The notes: generated from the sequence alone by a model not told the origin. A stretch of 64,000 nt of DNA from Candidatus Multivoradales bacterium (GCA_965248925.1 CBDFLE010000005.1:992001-1056000), one strand, 5' to 3'; shown: positions 28,042 through 38,217, numbered from the stretch's first letter. Numbers and translations are program-made.

Positions 28042-30273
28042 ATGCCCAGGTTCAGCAAGTTCTCAATACTCTCGCTCGCCGCCGTCGCGGCCTTTGTTTT
28101 GACGTTGCCGGCCCTTGCCGGCGAATGGACCGGCTGGCGCGGCCCGCACCAGAACGGTGTCTCCGATGAGACCGGCCTGCCCGCGAGTTGGTCCCGCGAC
28201 GGCGAAAATCTGATCTGGCGCGCGGATTTCGAAGGCCGCTCCTCGGTGATCGTCTTCGACGGCCGGGCCTGTGCCATCGGTCGCCTGGGCGAGGACATCG
28301 AACGCCAAGAGCGGGTCACTTGCTGGAATGCCGAGAACGGCACGCTGCTGTGGCAGAAGAGCTACACGGTCTACCAGACAGACGTGCCCTGGAACCGGGT
28401 CGGCTGGTCTAACCTGGTGGCCGATGCCGAAACCGGCTATGTCTTCATGCACACCGTCCACGGCGTCTTCGAGGCCCTTGATCGCCACGGCAAGTCGGTG
28501 TGGCGCCACCAGTTGGCCGAAGACTACGGTCGCCTCTCAGGCTATGGCGGTCGCACGCAAACTCCAACCGTCGACCAAGACCGGGTCTATCTCGGCACGG
28601 TCTCCTCCAACTGGGGCGATCAGCGAGCACCGCGGCATCGCTACATGGCCTTTGACAAGCACAGCGGCGAAATTCTCTGGGTTGCCACTCCGGGCGGTCC
28701 GCCAGCCGGCGACCTCAACACTCAAACTACCCCGGTGGTAGCGGTCATCGGCGGCCAGCGGCTGCTGATCACCGCCAGCGCCGATGGCGGCGTGCACGCC
28801 CTTGAGGCCCGTACCGGCCGCAAGGTGTGGAGCTTCCAACTTTCTCAGCGCGGCCTCAACATCAGCGTGGCAGTCGAAGGCGACACTGTTTTCGCTTCCC
28901 ACAGCGAAGAGAACCTCGACTCCGGCGTGATGGGTCGCCTAGTGGCGATCGACGCCACCGGCCGCGGCGATGTGACTAAGACCCATGAGCGCTGGCGGAT
29001 CGACGAGCTGCAATCCGGCTTCCCCTCACCGATGGTTCACGACGGCAAGGTCTACGTTGTTGACAACTCGGCCAATCTGCACGCCATCGACGCCACCAGC
29101 GGTCGGGAACTGTGGGCCCAGAACTTCGGCAACGTTGGCAAGTCCTCTCCAGTGTGGGCCGACGGTAAGATCTACCTTACCGAAGTCAACGGCAACATCA
29201 TCATTCTCGAAGAAGACGAGGACGGCGCCAAGATACTCGACCAAGAGCACCTCGAGGTGCCGGGCGGCCGCTACGCCGAGATCTACGCCAGCCCGTCGGT
29301 GGCATACGGCCGGATCTACTTCGCCACCGAGGAAGGGGTCTACTGCCTGGGCGACAAAGCAAAACCCTTCGTGGCCAGCAGCTCGCCGGCCATCGACCTA
29401 GGAGAGGCGCCAGCAACCGACGACGCCAAAGCCTCTCAGCTCTTGCTGGTGCCGGCTGAGCTGGTGATCGATGCTGGCCAAAGCATGACTTTCAAGGTGC
29501 GAGCCTACGACGATGGGGGCCGCTTTCTGCGCCAAGTCGATGGCGGTGAGTGGAGCCTGAGCGGCGTCGACGGCAAGCTCGCCAAGGGTCAGCTGGAGAT
29601 CGCCGCCAGCGCCCCCAATCAGGGTGGCACGGTGGCGGTCACGGTCGGCGAACTCAAGGCCCAAGCGCGAGTCCGGGTCACCGGCAAGCTACCCTGGACT
29701 GAGGACTTCGAACAGCTCGCCGACGGCCAACGTCCCAACCATTGGCGGCCGACCTTCAAAGCCGCCGCGGTGAAGACGCTGGAGGACGGCAACAAGGTCC
29801 TAGCCCAACCCAAGGCAGCCCGTGGAGCACCGCGCGCCTTCATCTATCTGGGCTCCTCCCACCAGCGCGGTTACACCATCGAAGTCGACGTGCTGGGGGC
29901 CAAGCAGGGTCGCCGGGTTACCGACTTGGGCATCACCAACAGCGGCTACACCCTCGACTTGCAAGGCGCCGCCCAAAGTCTGGTGGTGCGTTCCTGGAGG
30001 GCCGAGCGGCGGATGATGCAGAAGATCGATTTCCCGTGGCAGATGGGGGTTTGGTACACCTTGAAATTACGCGTCGACCTGCAAGCTGACGGCCAAGGAG
30101 GCCACCTCGCCATCGTCCGCGGCAAGGCTTGGAAGCGCGATCAACAAGAGCCCGAAGACTGGAACCTCACCGCCGAGGATCCCCGACCGGTAGCGGCCGG
30201 CAGCCCGGGGCTTTACACCTACGCGCCGGTCGAGTCGTACTTCGACAACATTCGGGTTTACGACAGCCCATGA
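28042..30273 (+). CDS. Secreted PQQ-binding-like (BamB-like) beta-propeller with C-terminal beta-sandwich extension
   Basis: Signal peptide, W.GWRGPHQNG, repeated D..TG..(V/L)W Trp-docking motifs, and ~300-aa C-terminal region ending YFDNIRV. Confidence 0.82.
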   Translation: MPRFSKFSILSLAAVAAFVLTLPALAGEWTGWRGPHQNGVSDETGLPASWSRDGENLIWRADFEGRSSVIVFDGRACAIGRLGEDIERQERVTCWNAENGTLLWQKSYTVYQTDVPWNRVGWSNLVADAETGYVFMHTVHGVFEALDRHGKSVWRHQLAEDYGRLSGYGGRTQTPTVDQDRVYLGTVSSNWGDQRAPRHRYMAFDKHSGEILWVATPGGPPAGDLNTQTTPVVAVIGGQRLLITASADGGVHALEARTGRKVWSFQLSQRGLNISVAVEGDTVFASHSEENLDSGVMGRLVAIDATGRGDVTKTHERWRIDELQSGFPSPMVHDGKVYVVDNSANLHAIDATSGRELWAQNFGNVGKSSPVWADGKIYLTEVNGNIIILEEDEDGAKILDQEHLEVPGGRYAEIYASPSVAYGRIYFATEEGVYCLGDKAKPFVASSSPAIDLGEAPATDDAKASQLLLVPAELVIDAGQSMTFKVRAYDDGGRFLRQVDGGEWSLSGVDGKLAKGQLEIAASAPNQGGTVAVTVGELKAQARVRVTGKLPWTEDFEQLADGQRPNHWRPTFKAAAVKTLEDGNKVLAQPKAARGAPRAFIYLGSSHQRGYTIEVDVLGAKQGRRVTDLGITNSGYTLDLQGAAQSLVVRSWRAERRMMQKIDFPWQMGVWYTLKLRVDLQADGQGGHLAIVRGKAWKRDQQEPEDWNLTAEDPRPVAAGSPGLYTYAPVESYFDNIRVYDSP

Positions 30274-30380
30274 CCGCATTTGAAAGATCCATGCTGATAT
30301 CTCAACTCACGACTCTTGATGACCTGCCAATAAGGATTCAGATGCCATTTGCCAGCCAGCCTGCGAGGAGCAAGCCGAAG

Positions 30381-31904
30381 ATGAGCGACCATAGATCAAT
30401 CCTCCACCCGACCCGCCGCCGTGGCCTGGCCACTCTCCTGGCCTGCTGCGGCCTGCTGACCGGTCTAGCCAGTCCGGCGATCGCCGCCGATCCCCCGCAA
30501 GCGATGTTTGGCGGCAGCCATGGGCGCAATATGGTGTCCAGTGAAACGGGTCTGCCCAGCGAGTGGGATGTCAAGACTGGCAAGAACATCAAATGGTCGC
30601 AAGCAGTCGGTTCCCAATCCTATGCCGGGCCGGTGATCCTCGATGGCAAGGTCTACGTCGGCACCAACAACGAGGGCCAGCGCGACCCCGAGGTGCAAGG
30701 GGACAAGGGCAACCTGATGGCCTTTAGCACCCAAGACGGCACCTTCCTCTGGCAAATGGTGCACGACAAACTGCCGCAGTCGAAACTGCACGACTGGCCG
30801 CTGCAGGGGGTCTGCTCAACGCCGGTGGTCGAGGGCAACAAGCTCTACTACACCTCCAACCGGGCCGAGATCGTCGCTCTCGATGTCGGCGGTCTGGCCG
30901 ATGGCAACGCCGGGCCGTTCCAGAGTGAGAAGTACCAGGGCGACCAGCATGGCGACGTAGTCTGGTCCTACGACATGATCACCGAACTCGACGCCTTCCC
31001 CCACAACCTGGCGGTGAGTTCGCCGCTGGTGGTGGGCGATCTGATCTACGTTTCCACCGGCAATGGTGTCGACGAGGGGCACGTCGACGTGCCGTCACCC
31101 TTGTCGCCAAGCTTCATCGCGATCAATAAGAAGACCGGCAAATTGGTGTGGGAAAGCGCCGCCCCCGGAACCTCGATCTTGCACGGCACCTGGACCAATG
31201 CCAGCTATGGGGTGATCAAGGGCAAGCCGCAGGTGCTCTTCCCGGGCGGCGACGGTTGGTTGTACTCTTTTGCGCCGAAGACTGGTGAATTGCTGTGGAA
31301 GTTCGACTGCAACCCGTCGGACTCGAAATGGCGGCTCGGCGGCTCGGGCACCCGCAACAACATCATCTCCTCAGCGGTGGTCTACGACGACAAGGTCTAC
31401 ATCGGCGTTGGCCAAGACCCTGAGCATGGTGAGGCTCCAGGGCACTTCTATGCCATCGACCCGAGCGCCAAGCCGGCGACGGGCAAAGACATCTCAGCCA
31501 CAGGAACGGTCTGGCATCGCGGTGGTGAGGACTTCAACCGCACCATCTCGACGGCAGCGATCCTGGACGACATTCTCTACATTACCGACCTCTCAGGCTT
31601 CCTCTACGCCCTCGACGCACAAACTGGCGAGCATTTCTGGACCTACGACGCCTTCGCCGCCATCTGGGGCTCCCCCTACGTCGCCGACGGCAAGGTCTAC
31701 CTCGGCGACGAAGACGGCGACATCGTAGTGTTGAAACACGGCAAGAAGCTTGTCGAGCTGGCCGAAGTCAACATGGGCAGCGCGGTTTACACCACGCCAG
31801 TGGCCCACGATGGCGTGCTCTACGTGCTAGCCCGCAACCGGCTATTCGCGCTTCAGGAAGGCGTGCAGATGTCGGCTGATGGTGGCAAAACGACCGCTCC
31901 CTGA
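30381..31904 (+). CDS. Secreted PQQ-binding-like beta-propeller protein
   Basis: GAGGAG RBS; signal peptide with RRR; MFGGSHGRNMVS; repeated KTGKLVW/TGELLW motifs. Confidence 0.82.
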   Translation: MSDHRSILHPTRRRGLATLLACCGLLTGLASPAIAADPPQAMFGGSHGRNMVSSETGLPSEWDVKTGKNIKWSQAVGSQSYAGPVILDGKVYVGTNNEGQRDPEVQGDKGNLMAFSTQDGTFLWQMVHDKLPQSKLHDWPLQGVCSTPVVEGNKLYYTSNRAEIVALDVGGLADGNAGPFQSEKYQGDQHGDVVWSYDMITELDAFPHNLAVSSPLVVGDLIYVSTGNGVDEGHVDVPSPLSPSFIAINKKTGKLVWESAAPGTSILHGTWTNASYGVIKGKPQVLFPGGDGWLYSFAPKTGELLWKFDCNPSDSKWRLGGSGTRNNIISSAVVYDDKVYIGVGQDPEHGEAPGHFYAIDPSAKPATGKDISATGTVWHRGGEDFNRTISTAAILDDILYITDLSGFLYALDAQTGEHFWTYDAFAAIWGSPYVADGKVYLGDEDGDIVVLKHGKKLVELAEVNMGSAVYTTPVAHDGVLYVLARNRLFALQEGVQMSADGGKTTAP

Positions 31905-31915
31905 GGCAAGCGATC

Positions 31916-33013
31916 ATGGTGGATGTCATCATTCCCGGCGAGTTGGAAGCCAAGGCGGCCAAGGCGCGCCAGCATCTCGACTCTCATCTGCGCGACGTCG
32001 TCGCCTGGCATTTCGATCCCGATCGCGGCACTCCCTTTTGGCTCGACAAAGAGCGTGAGTTGGGAATCAACGCGCGCAAGGAGGTGCACACCTTCGACGA
32101 CCTTCGCATCTTCGGCCATTTCCAGGACGAATGGCTCCGCGGTGGCCCGGCTCGGCGCTGGCTGCCACGGGGGTTTCGCGGCAAGCCGATCTACGTTTTC
32201 GAGACCGGCGGTTCCACTGGCCTGCCCAAGAGTCGCATCAATTTGCAGGACTTCGAGATCGATTACGAGCTGTTCGCCGACCAACTCGACGACGAGACCT
32301 TCCCCCGCGGCGCCGACTGGTTGATGCTCGGCCCCTCGGGACCGCGTCGGCTGCGGCTGGCGATCGAGCATCTGGCGCAATATCGCGGCGGTATCGCCTT
32401 CTGCATCGACCTCGATCCGCGATGGGTCAACAAATTGGTCAAGGCGCAGCGTTGGGACGAGATGAACGCTTACAAGGATCACGTCATTGATCAGGCGCTG
32501 AAGATCCTCCGCGGTCACGATTCCGTGCAGTGCATCTTCACCACTCCCAAGCTGCTCGAAGCCCTGTGCGAGAAGGTCTCGTTGGAGAAGTACGGCATCA
32601 CCGGCATCTTCTGCGGCGGCACCGAGATGAACGCCGAGTTTCACCGCTTCGTGCGCGAAGAACTGGCGCCGCAAGCTGATTTTAGGCCGGTCTACGGCAA
32701 CACGCTGATGGGTTTAGCGCCGACCCCCCCCTTCGACCCGGTGAAGAAGGACTACACCATCTCCTACTATCCGCCGCTGCCCCGCGCGGTGTTCGAGATC
32801 GTCGATCCGGACGATCCAGACACCCTGGTCGACTATGGAGAAACTGGTCGTGTGATCCTCACCACCCTGACCCGTGAGTTCTTCATGCCCCGCTTCTTGG
32901 AACGTGATGAGGGGGAGCGCGCGGCTCCCTGCGAGATCTATCCTTGGGACGGGGTGTCGAACCTGCGACTGTTCTCGCGCTTCAACAAATCGGTGGCCGT
33001 GGGGGTCTACTGA
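31916..33013 (+). CDS. EhpF/GriC-like truncated adenylate-forming (aryl-carboxylate activating) enzyme
   Basis: WHFDP..GTPFW start; ANL P-loop-like FETGGSTGLPK; YGNTLMG; 365 aa, lacking the ANL C-terminal domain as EhpF does. Confidence 0.7.
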   Translation: MVDVIIPGELEAKAAKARQHLDSHLRDVVAWHFDPDRGTPFWLDKERELGINARKEVHTFDDLRIFGHFQDEWLRGGPARRWLPRGFRGKPIYVFETGGSTGLPKSRINLQDFEIDYELFADQLDDETFPRGADWLMLGPSGPRRLRLAIEHLAQYRGGIAFCIDLDPRWVNKLVKAQRWDEMNAYKDHVIDQALKILRGHDSVQCIFTTPKLLEALCEKVSLEKYGITGIFCGGTEMNAEFHRFVREELAPQADFRPVYGNTLMGLAPTPPFDPVKKDYTISYYPPLPRAVFEIVDPDDPDTLVDYGETGRVILTTLTREFFMPRFLERDEGERAAPCEIYPWDGVSNLRLFSRFNKSVAVGVY

Positions 33014-33015
33014 CC

Positions 33016-34449
33016 ATGTCGTTGCTACGACTGCCGATGCTGCGCGCCGGCGAGCCCTACTTCAGCCTCAAGACCATGACGCTGACCGATATTCGCGACG
33101 GTTCGCCGGTGGCCGAGGTCAGCCAGGCGATCCCCGGCATCATCGCCCGCGACCTCCTACGCATCGCCGACAGTCGGCGGGCGCTCGAGGCACTGCCGGT
33201 AGCCCGGCTACTGGCAATCTGCCGCGAGGCCGGCCGCCGTTTCCTCGAAGACACCCTGCCGGTCGGCGAGCAAGAGCAAACGCCGGACGACTACCTCGAG
33301 CAACTCGCCGCCACCACCGGCATGCCGGTGGTCATGGGGCGGCTGAATATGGGCAAGATTTTCAAGGTCCTGGACGAGATGGAGGCGGTGCTCGACGGCC
33401 TCACCCGCGGTCTCGATCTGCGGGTGCTCGACCATGGCTGGGCAGTGCAGAACGAGCGCCAACTGAGCTACATGCGACTGAGCGACGCGCTGGGCGCGGT
33501 GCTGCCCAACAACTCCCCCGGCGTGCATTCCCTGTGGTTGCCGGCAATTCCGCTAAGAACACCGCTGGTGCTCAAGCCCGGCAGTGCCGAGCCCTGGACG
33601 CCGCTGCGCATTGCCCAGGCGATGATCGCCGCCGGCTGCCCCAAAGAGGCCTTTTTCCTCTACCCCACGGACCACGGCGGCGCCACCGAACTGCTGCTGC
33701 GCTCGGGCCGCTCGTTATTCTTCGGCGATGCCAGCACCGTCGCAGGGTGGCGCGCCAGCGGCAAGGTACAAGTCCACGGTCCGGGCTGGAGCAAAGTCAT
33801 CCTGGCCGCCGACCAGGCCGACGCCTGGGAGCAACACCTGGACCTGATGGTGGGCTCGATCACCGCCAACGGCGGCCGCTCGTGTATCAATGCTTCCGGT
33901 GTCTGGACCACCGCCCACGGCCGCGAGCTAGCGGCGGCACTGGCCAGCCGACTAGCGGCGATAGAAGCCCGTCCACTGGACGATCCGCAAGCCGCCCTAG
34001 CGGCATTTCCCGACCCAGAGGTGGCGCGGCGAATCTCAGAGAGAATCGATCAGCAGTTAGCTGAGACGCCCGGCGCGGTGGATCTGACCGCCGCAGTTCG
34101 TGGAGCGGAGCGGGTGGCGGAGGCCGGAGGCTGCACCTTCCTGCTGCCCACCGTGATCTGGTGCGAAGATCCCACCCACCCACTGGCCCACAGCGAGTAC
34201 GGTTTCCCCTTTGCCGCCGTGGTTGAGCAGCCGGAAAAATTGCTAGTGCAAGCCATCGGGCCCACCTTGGTGGGCTCAGTGGTGACCGCGACGGAAGAGG
34301 GCGAACGGCGTTTCTTGGCTTGCCGCCACATCGATCGGCTCAACTTTGGAGCGATCCCGACGTACGAGATCTCATGGGATCAACCCCACGAAGGCAATCT
34401 GTTCGATCACCTCTACCAGCAACGTGCTTTTCAGCGGCGGTCTGCTTGA
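33016..34449 (+). CDS. ALDH-fold protein, GriD/LuxC-like acyl reductase
   Basis: Motifs LPNNSPGVH, LKPGS.EP, catalytic Cys in NGGRSCINAS and EYGFPFA; HGPGWSK sits where ELGGK is expected. Confidence 0.72.
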   Translation: MSLLRLPMLRAGEPYFSLKTMTLTDIRDGSPVAEVSQAIPGIIARDLLRIADSRRALEALPVARLLAICREAGRRFLEDTLPVGEQEQTPDDYLEQLAATTGMPVVMGRLNMGKIFKVLDEMEAVLDGLTRGLDLRVLDHGWAVQNERQLSYMRLSDALGAVLPNNSPGVHSLWLPAIPLRTPLVLKPGSAEPWTPLRIAQAMIAAGCPKEAFFLYPTDHGGATELLLRSGRSLFFGDASTVAGWRASGKVQVHGPGWSKVILAADQADAWEQHLDLMVGSITANGGRSCINASGVWTTAHGRELAAALASRLAAIEARPLDDPQAALAAFPDPEVARRISERIDQQLAETPGAVDLTAAVRGAERVAEAGGCTFLLPTVIWCEDPTHPLAHSEYGFPFAAVVEQPEKLLVQAIGPTLVGSVVTATEEGERRFLACRHIDRLNFGAIPTYEISWDQPHEGNLFDHLYQQRAFQRRSA

Positions 34450-34471
34450 TGGACTGTTCGGTGGTCGCCCG

Positions 34472-35659
34472 GTGAGCGGCCACGCTCCATGGCGGCCCGA
34501 TGGCACCTGGAAGGTAGATCTGGGAGGCATCGAGGTGACCTTTGGCGACCACACCCTAAGTCGCCTCGGAGATCTCTGCCGCGCCGCTGGCATGTCGCGA
34601 GTGCTGCTGGTGACCGATCCCGGGATCGTCGAGGCGGGGCATATCCGCCCAGCCTTGGCGGCGCTCGCCGAAGCTGGGCTGAAAGCAGCCGTATTCGACG
34701 GCGTTGGCGAAAATCCCACCACCGAGCACGTCGCCGCCGGGGTTGACGCAGCTCGGCAGTTGGGCGCCGATGGGCTAGTGGGGCTAGGTGGCGGCAGCTC
34801 GATGGACTGCGCCAAAGGGGTCAACTTCCTGCTCACCCAAGGCGGCTCGATGGCCGACTATTGGGGCGATGGCAAGGCCAGACGAACCATGTTGCCCGCA
34901 ATCGGCGTACCGACTACTGCCGGTACTGGCAGCGAGGCACAACGTTTTGCCCTAATCTCGGACGTCGAGACTCATCGCAAAATGGCCTGTGGCGATCGCC
35001 GAGCCCGCTTTCACAGCGTTATTCTCGACCCCCGGCTGTTGACCAGCCTGCCCCGCTCGGTAGCGGCGGTCACCGCCATGGACGCTCTGTCCCACGCCGT
35101 CGAGAGCTACGTCACCCGACGCCGCAACCCGATTTCGCAACTCTTCGCCCGCGAAGCCTGGCGCCTGCTGGAACGCAGCTTCGAACGTTTCCTCGCCGAC
35201 CCCGAAGATCCGGCCAGCGCCGACATGTTGCTCGGCGCCCACCTGGCCGGCGCCGCCATCGAAACCTCGATGCTCGGCGCGGCCCACTCCTGCGCCAATC
35301 CGCTGACCGCCCGCTACGGCGTCACCCACGGCGTGGCGGTAGGTCTGATGCTGCCACCGGTGGTGCGGTTCAACGGCAACGAAGTCGAACCCCTCTACCG
35401 TGAACTGGCCACTACCGCCTCGCTCAACGGCGACCTCGGCAATGGATCAAGTGGCGGCGCCAGCGCCCTACGGGTCAGCCGCCGGGTCAGTGAATTGCGC
35501 GCCGTCGCGGGGCTGCCTGGCCGGCTCGAAGATTGTGGCGTCGAGCGCCCACGTTTGCGCGAGCTAGCGGAGGCCGCTGCCAAAGAATGGACCGCCAGTT
35601 TCAATCCCCGCGCTGTTGGCGCCGACGAACTCGAGTCGATCTATGTCGATGCTTTCTGA
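34472..35659 (+). CDS. Iron-containing alcohol dehydrogenase
   Basis: Motifs GLGGGSSMDCAK, PTTAGTGSE, DALSHAVE and H...HG metal ligands. Start uncertain. Confidence 0.9.
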   Translation: MSGHAPWRPDGTWKVDLGGIEVTFGDHTLSRLGDLCRAAGMSRVLLVTDPGIVEAGHIRPALAALAEAGLKAAVFDGVGENPTTEHVAAGVDAARQLGADGLVGLGGGSSMDCAKGVNFLLTQGGSMADYWGDGKARRTMLPAIGVPTTAGTGSEAQRFALISDVETHRKMACGDRRARFHSVILDPRLLTSLPRSVAAVTAMDALSHAVESYVTRRRNPISQLFAREAWRLLERSFERFLADPEDPASADMLLGAHLAGAAIETSMLGAAHSCANPLTARYGVTHGVAVGLMLPPVVRFNGNEVEPLYRELATTASLNGDLGNGSSGGASALRVSRRVSELRAVAGLPGRLEDCGVERPRLRELAEAAAKEWTASFNPRAVGADELESIYVDAF

Positions 35660-35713
35660 AGCGCGGCAGCGGTTTTGTCGGCATCGGAACCGATCGCGGT
35701 GGAGCCTGCAAGC

Positions 35714-36871
35714 ATGAAGTGGGTCACCCCCGCGGCAGCGGCGTTGCTCTTTTGGATTCTCCTGACGGCCGCGGCCATCCAAACCCAGCCGGCTACTAGC
35801 GTCGACACTTGGGGCCAGTTCCGCGGCGGCGGCGCCCAAACCGGTGTCGCCACCAGCTCCCTCGAAGGCGATCTCCAACCACTCTGGACCTTCGAGGCAG
35901 ACGACGCCATCGAAGCCACCGCCGCCATCGCTGGCGACACGGTCTATGTCGCCTCCCTCGATGGCAGGCTCTACGCCCTTGACCTCAAGACCGGCCAAGA
36001 GAAATTCCGCTACGACGCCGGAGACGAGATCAAGTCCTCTCCCTTGGTGGCCGCCGGCCGGGTCTACTTCGGCGACGAATACGGCCGCCTGCACGCCATC
36101 GACGCCGCGACCGGCAAGCGGATCTGGGTTTTCGAAACCGACGCCAGCATCTCGGGCTCGGCCAACTTGGGTGATGGTTGCCTGGTCTTCGGCGCCTACG
36201 ACAACTACCTCTACTGCCTCAATCCCAAGGACGGCAAGCTGCGCTGGAAGGTCGAAACCGAAGGCTACATCCAAGCTACACCCGCGATCTGGAACGGCCA
36301 GTCGATCTCGACCGGCTGCGACGGTTTTCTGCGCCAACTCGATCTGCGCAGTGGCGAAGCCAAAGGCCAGATAGCGCTCGGCGGCTACGTCGCCTCTAGT
36401 CCAGCAATCGCCGGCAGCAGGGCCTTCCTGGGCTCGTTCGACAACAAAGTGCTGGCGGTCGATCTGGCGGAACAGAAGCTCTTGTGGGAATACAAACACC
36501 CCAAGCGGGAGTTTCCTTTCTTCAGTTCGCCAGCAGTGTCCGGCAACCGGGTGGTGATCGGCGGTCGCGATAAAATCGTCCATGCCTTAGATCCCGAGAG
36601 CGGTGAGGCGGCGTGGACGGTAACCCTACGAGCGCGGGTCGATGCCTCGCCGGTGATCTCCGGGCAGCGAGTCTTCGTCGCCGATCAAAGCGGCGTGCTG
36701 CTCGCCCTGGCCCTGGACGACGGCAGCGAGAGCTGGCGCTTCGAAACCGGCGACAGTTTCACCGCTTCGCCGGCCATCGCCTCAGGCACCCTGGTCATCG
36801 GCACCGACGGCGGGGTGGTCTACGCCTTTACCCCCTCCGCCACAGCTAGAGAAACGAAGGAGCTTCCATGA
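35714..36871 (+). CDS. Secreted PQQ-binding-like (BamB-like) beta-propeller protein
   Basis: Signal peptide, WGQFRGG..QTG and eight SSP...G.(L/V)YA.D..TG...W blades. Confidence 0.85.
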   Translation: MKWVTPAAAALLFWILLTAAAIQTQPATSVDTWGQFRGGGAQTGVATSSLEGDLQPLWTFEADDAIEATAAIAGDTVYVASLDGRLYALDLKTGQEKFRYDAGDEIKSSPLVAAGRVYFGDEYGRLHAIDAATGKRIWVFETDASISGSANLGDGCLVFGAYDNYLYCLNPKDGKLRWKVETEGYIQATPAIWNGQSISTGCDGFLRQLDLRSGEAKGQIALGGYVASSPAIAGSRAFLGSFDNKVLAVDLAEQKLLWEYKHPKREFPFFSSPAVSGNRVVIGGRDKIVHALDPESGEAAWTVTLRARVDASPVISGQRVFVADQSGVLLALALDDGSESWRFETGDSFTASPAIASGTLVIGTDGGVVYAFTPSATARETKELP

Positions 36872-38217
36872 CTGACTCCACCGCTCCCGCGGGCGTCCCG
36901 CCGGCCAAAAAGGCAACGGAAGTCGGCAGCGTTTTCGTCTCCAACTATCCACCCTTCTCAGTGTGGGGCGAGGACGGGCTCGACGATTACCGGCGCCAGC
37001 TAGCTACACCGCCGGCCAAAGAGTCCCCAACTCTGGGTCTCTACCTCCACATTCCGTTCTGCCGCAAGCGCTGCAAGTTCTGCTACTTCAGAGTTTACGT
37101 CGATAAGAACGCAGGGGAGATTCAACGCTACCTGGATTGCCTGGCGCGCGAAGTAGAGCTTTACGCCGCCCAACCGGCGTTCGCCGAGCGGAAACTCGAC
37201 TTCGTCTACTTTGGCGGCGGCACACCTTCTTACATCGCCGCCAAGCATCTGCGGTCGCTGGTCGATCGCATCCAAGCCGTGCTTCCTTGGCAGCAGGCGC
37301 AGGAGATAACTTTCGAATGCGAGCCCGGCACCCTGACCCAATCCAAGCTCGACGCCATCCGCGAGATCGGCGTCACCCGGCTCAGCTTGGGTATCGAGAA
37401 TTGGAACGATGACATCTTGCGCGACAACGGCCGCGCCCACCTAACTCCAGAGATCGACCGCTGCCTGCCCTGGATCCGCGAACGGGGCTTCGATCAGCTC
37501 AACGTCGATCTGATCGCCGGCATGGTCGGCGAGACCTGGGAGACCTGGCGCGACACGGTGCAGCGCACCATCGACATCGACCCCGACAGCGTCACCATCT
37601 ACCAGATGGAATTGCCTTTCAACACTGTCTATTCCCAAGGCATCCTAGACGGCGGCAGCTCGCCGGTGGCCGATTGGCAGACCAAGAGGGCCTGGAATGA
37701 CCACGCCATCAAGCAGCTGAGCACTGCCGGCTACGAGATTTCGAGCGCTTACACCATGGTCAAGAAGCGCTCTGGCGACACCAGTGGCAAGAGCCGCTTC
37801 GCCTACCGCGACTCGCTGTGGCACGGCGCTGACCTGCTTGGCACCGGCATCGCCTCCTTCGGCCACCTCGGCGGCGTACATTTCCAGAATGTCACCGGCT
37901 GGAAGCCCTATCTCGACGCTCTAGAGGCCGGCGAGCTGGCCCTCGGCCGCGCTTACGCCACCACGGCCGACGAACGCCTGACCCGCGAGTTGATCTTGCA
38001 AATGAAACTCGGCAGGCTGGGCACTAGCTATTTCCGCGACAAATTCGGCGTCGACGTGCTGGACCGCTGGCGCCAGAAGTTCGCTGACCTCGAACAACGG
38101 CAGATGCTGAGCATCGACGGCGACCACATCGAACTCAGCCGCCGTGGCCTACTGCAGGTCGATAGCCTGCTGCCCGGTTTCTACGATCAGCGCTTCCAGA
38201 ACGCCCGCTACACTTGA
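36868..38217 (+). CDS. HemN-like (class C) radical SAM enzyme
   Basis: Motifs LYLHIPFCRKRCKFC (CxxxCxxC), YFGGGTPS, RLSLG and NVDLIAG; N-terminal SNYPPF; HemN-type C-terminus. Confidence 0.88.
   Translation: MTDSTAPAGVPPAKKATEVGSVFVSNYPPFSVWGEDGLDDYRRQLATPPAKESPTLGLYLHIPFCRKRCKFCYFRVYVDKNAGEIQRYLDCLAREVELYAAQPAFAERKLDFVYFGGGTPSYIAAKHLRSLVDRIQAVLPWQQAQEITFECEPGTLTQSKLDAIREIGVTRLSLGIENWNDDILRDNGRAHLTPEIDRCLPWIRERGFDQLNVDLIAGMVGETWETWRDTVQRTIDIDPDSVTIYQMELPFNTVYSQGILDGGSSPVADWQTKRAWNDHAIKQLSTAGYEISSAYTMVKKRSGDTSGKSRFAYRDSLWHGADLLGTGIASFGHLGGVHFQNVTGWKPYLDALEAGELALGRAYATTADERLTRELILQMKLGRLGTSYFRDKFGVDVLDRWRQKFADLEQRQMLSIDGDHIELSRRGLLQVDSLLPGFYDQRFQNARYT

Noticed and set aside
30129-30380. Extended N-termini from the ORF track (e.g. 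30129, 32944, 34346, 6221, 11759, 45480)
   Set aside because: They overlap upstream genes or lack an RBS; downstream starts fit RBS, signal peptide or family start positions better.
35564-36583. Long antisense ORFs (e.g. 35564-36583, 54369-55271, 31853-32674) and the 20673-21629 ORF
   Set aside because: These are shadow frames of well-supported genes in high-GC DNA, with no recognisable motifs.
36868-38217. Assigning the symbol hemN or hemW
   Set aside because: Family motifs alone do not separate functions, and the context is not heme-related.
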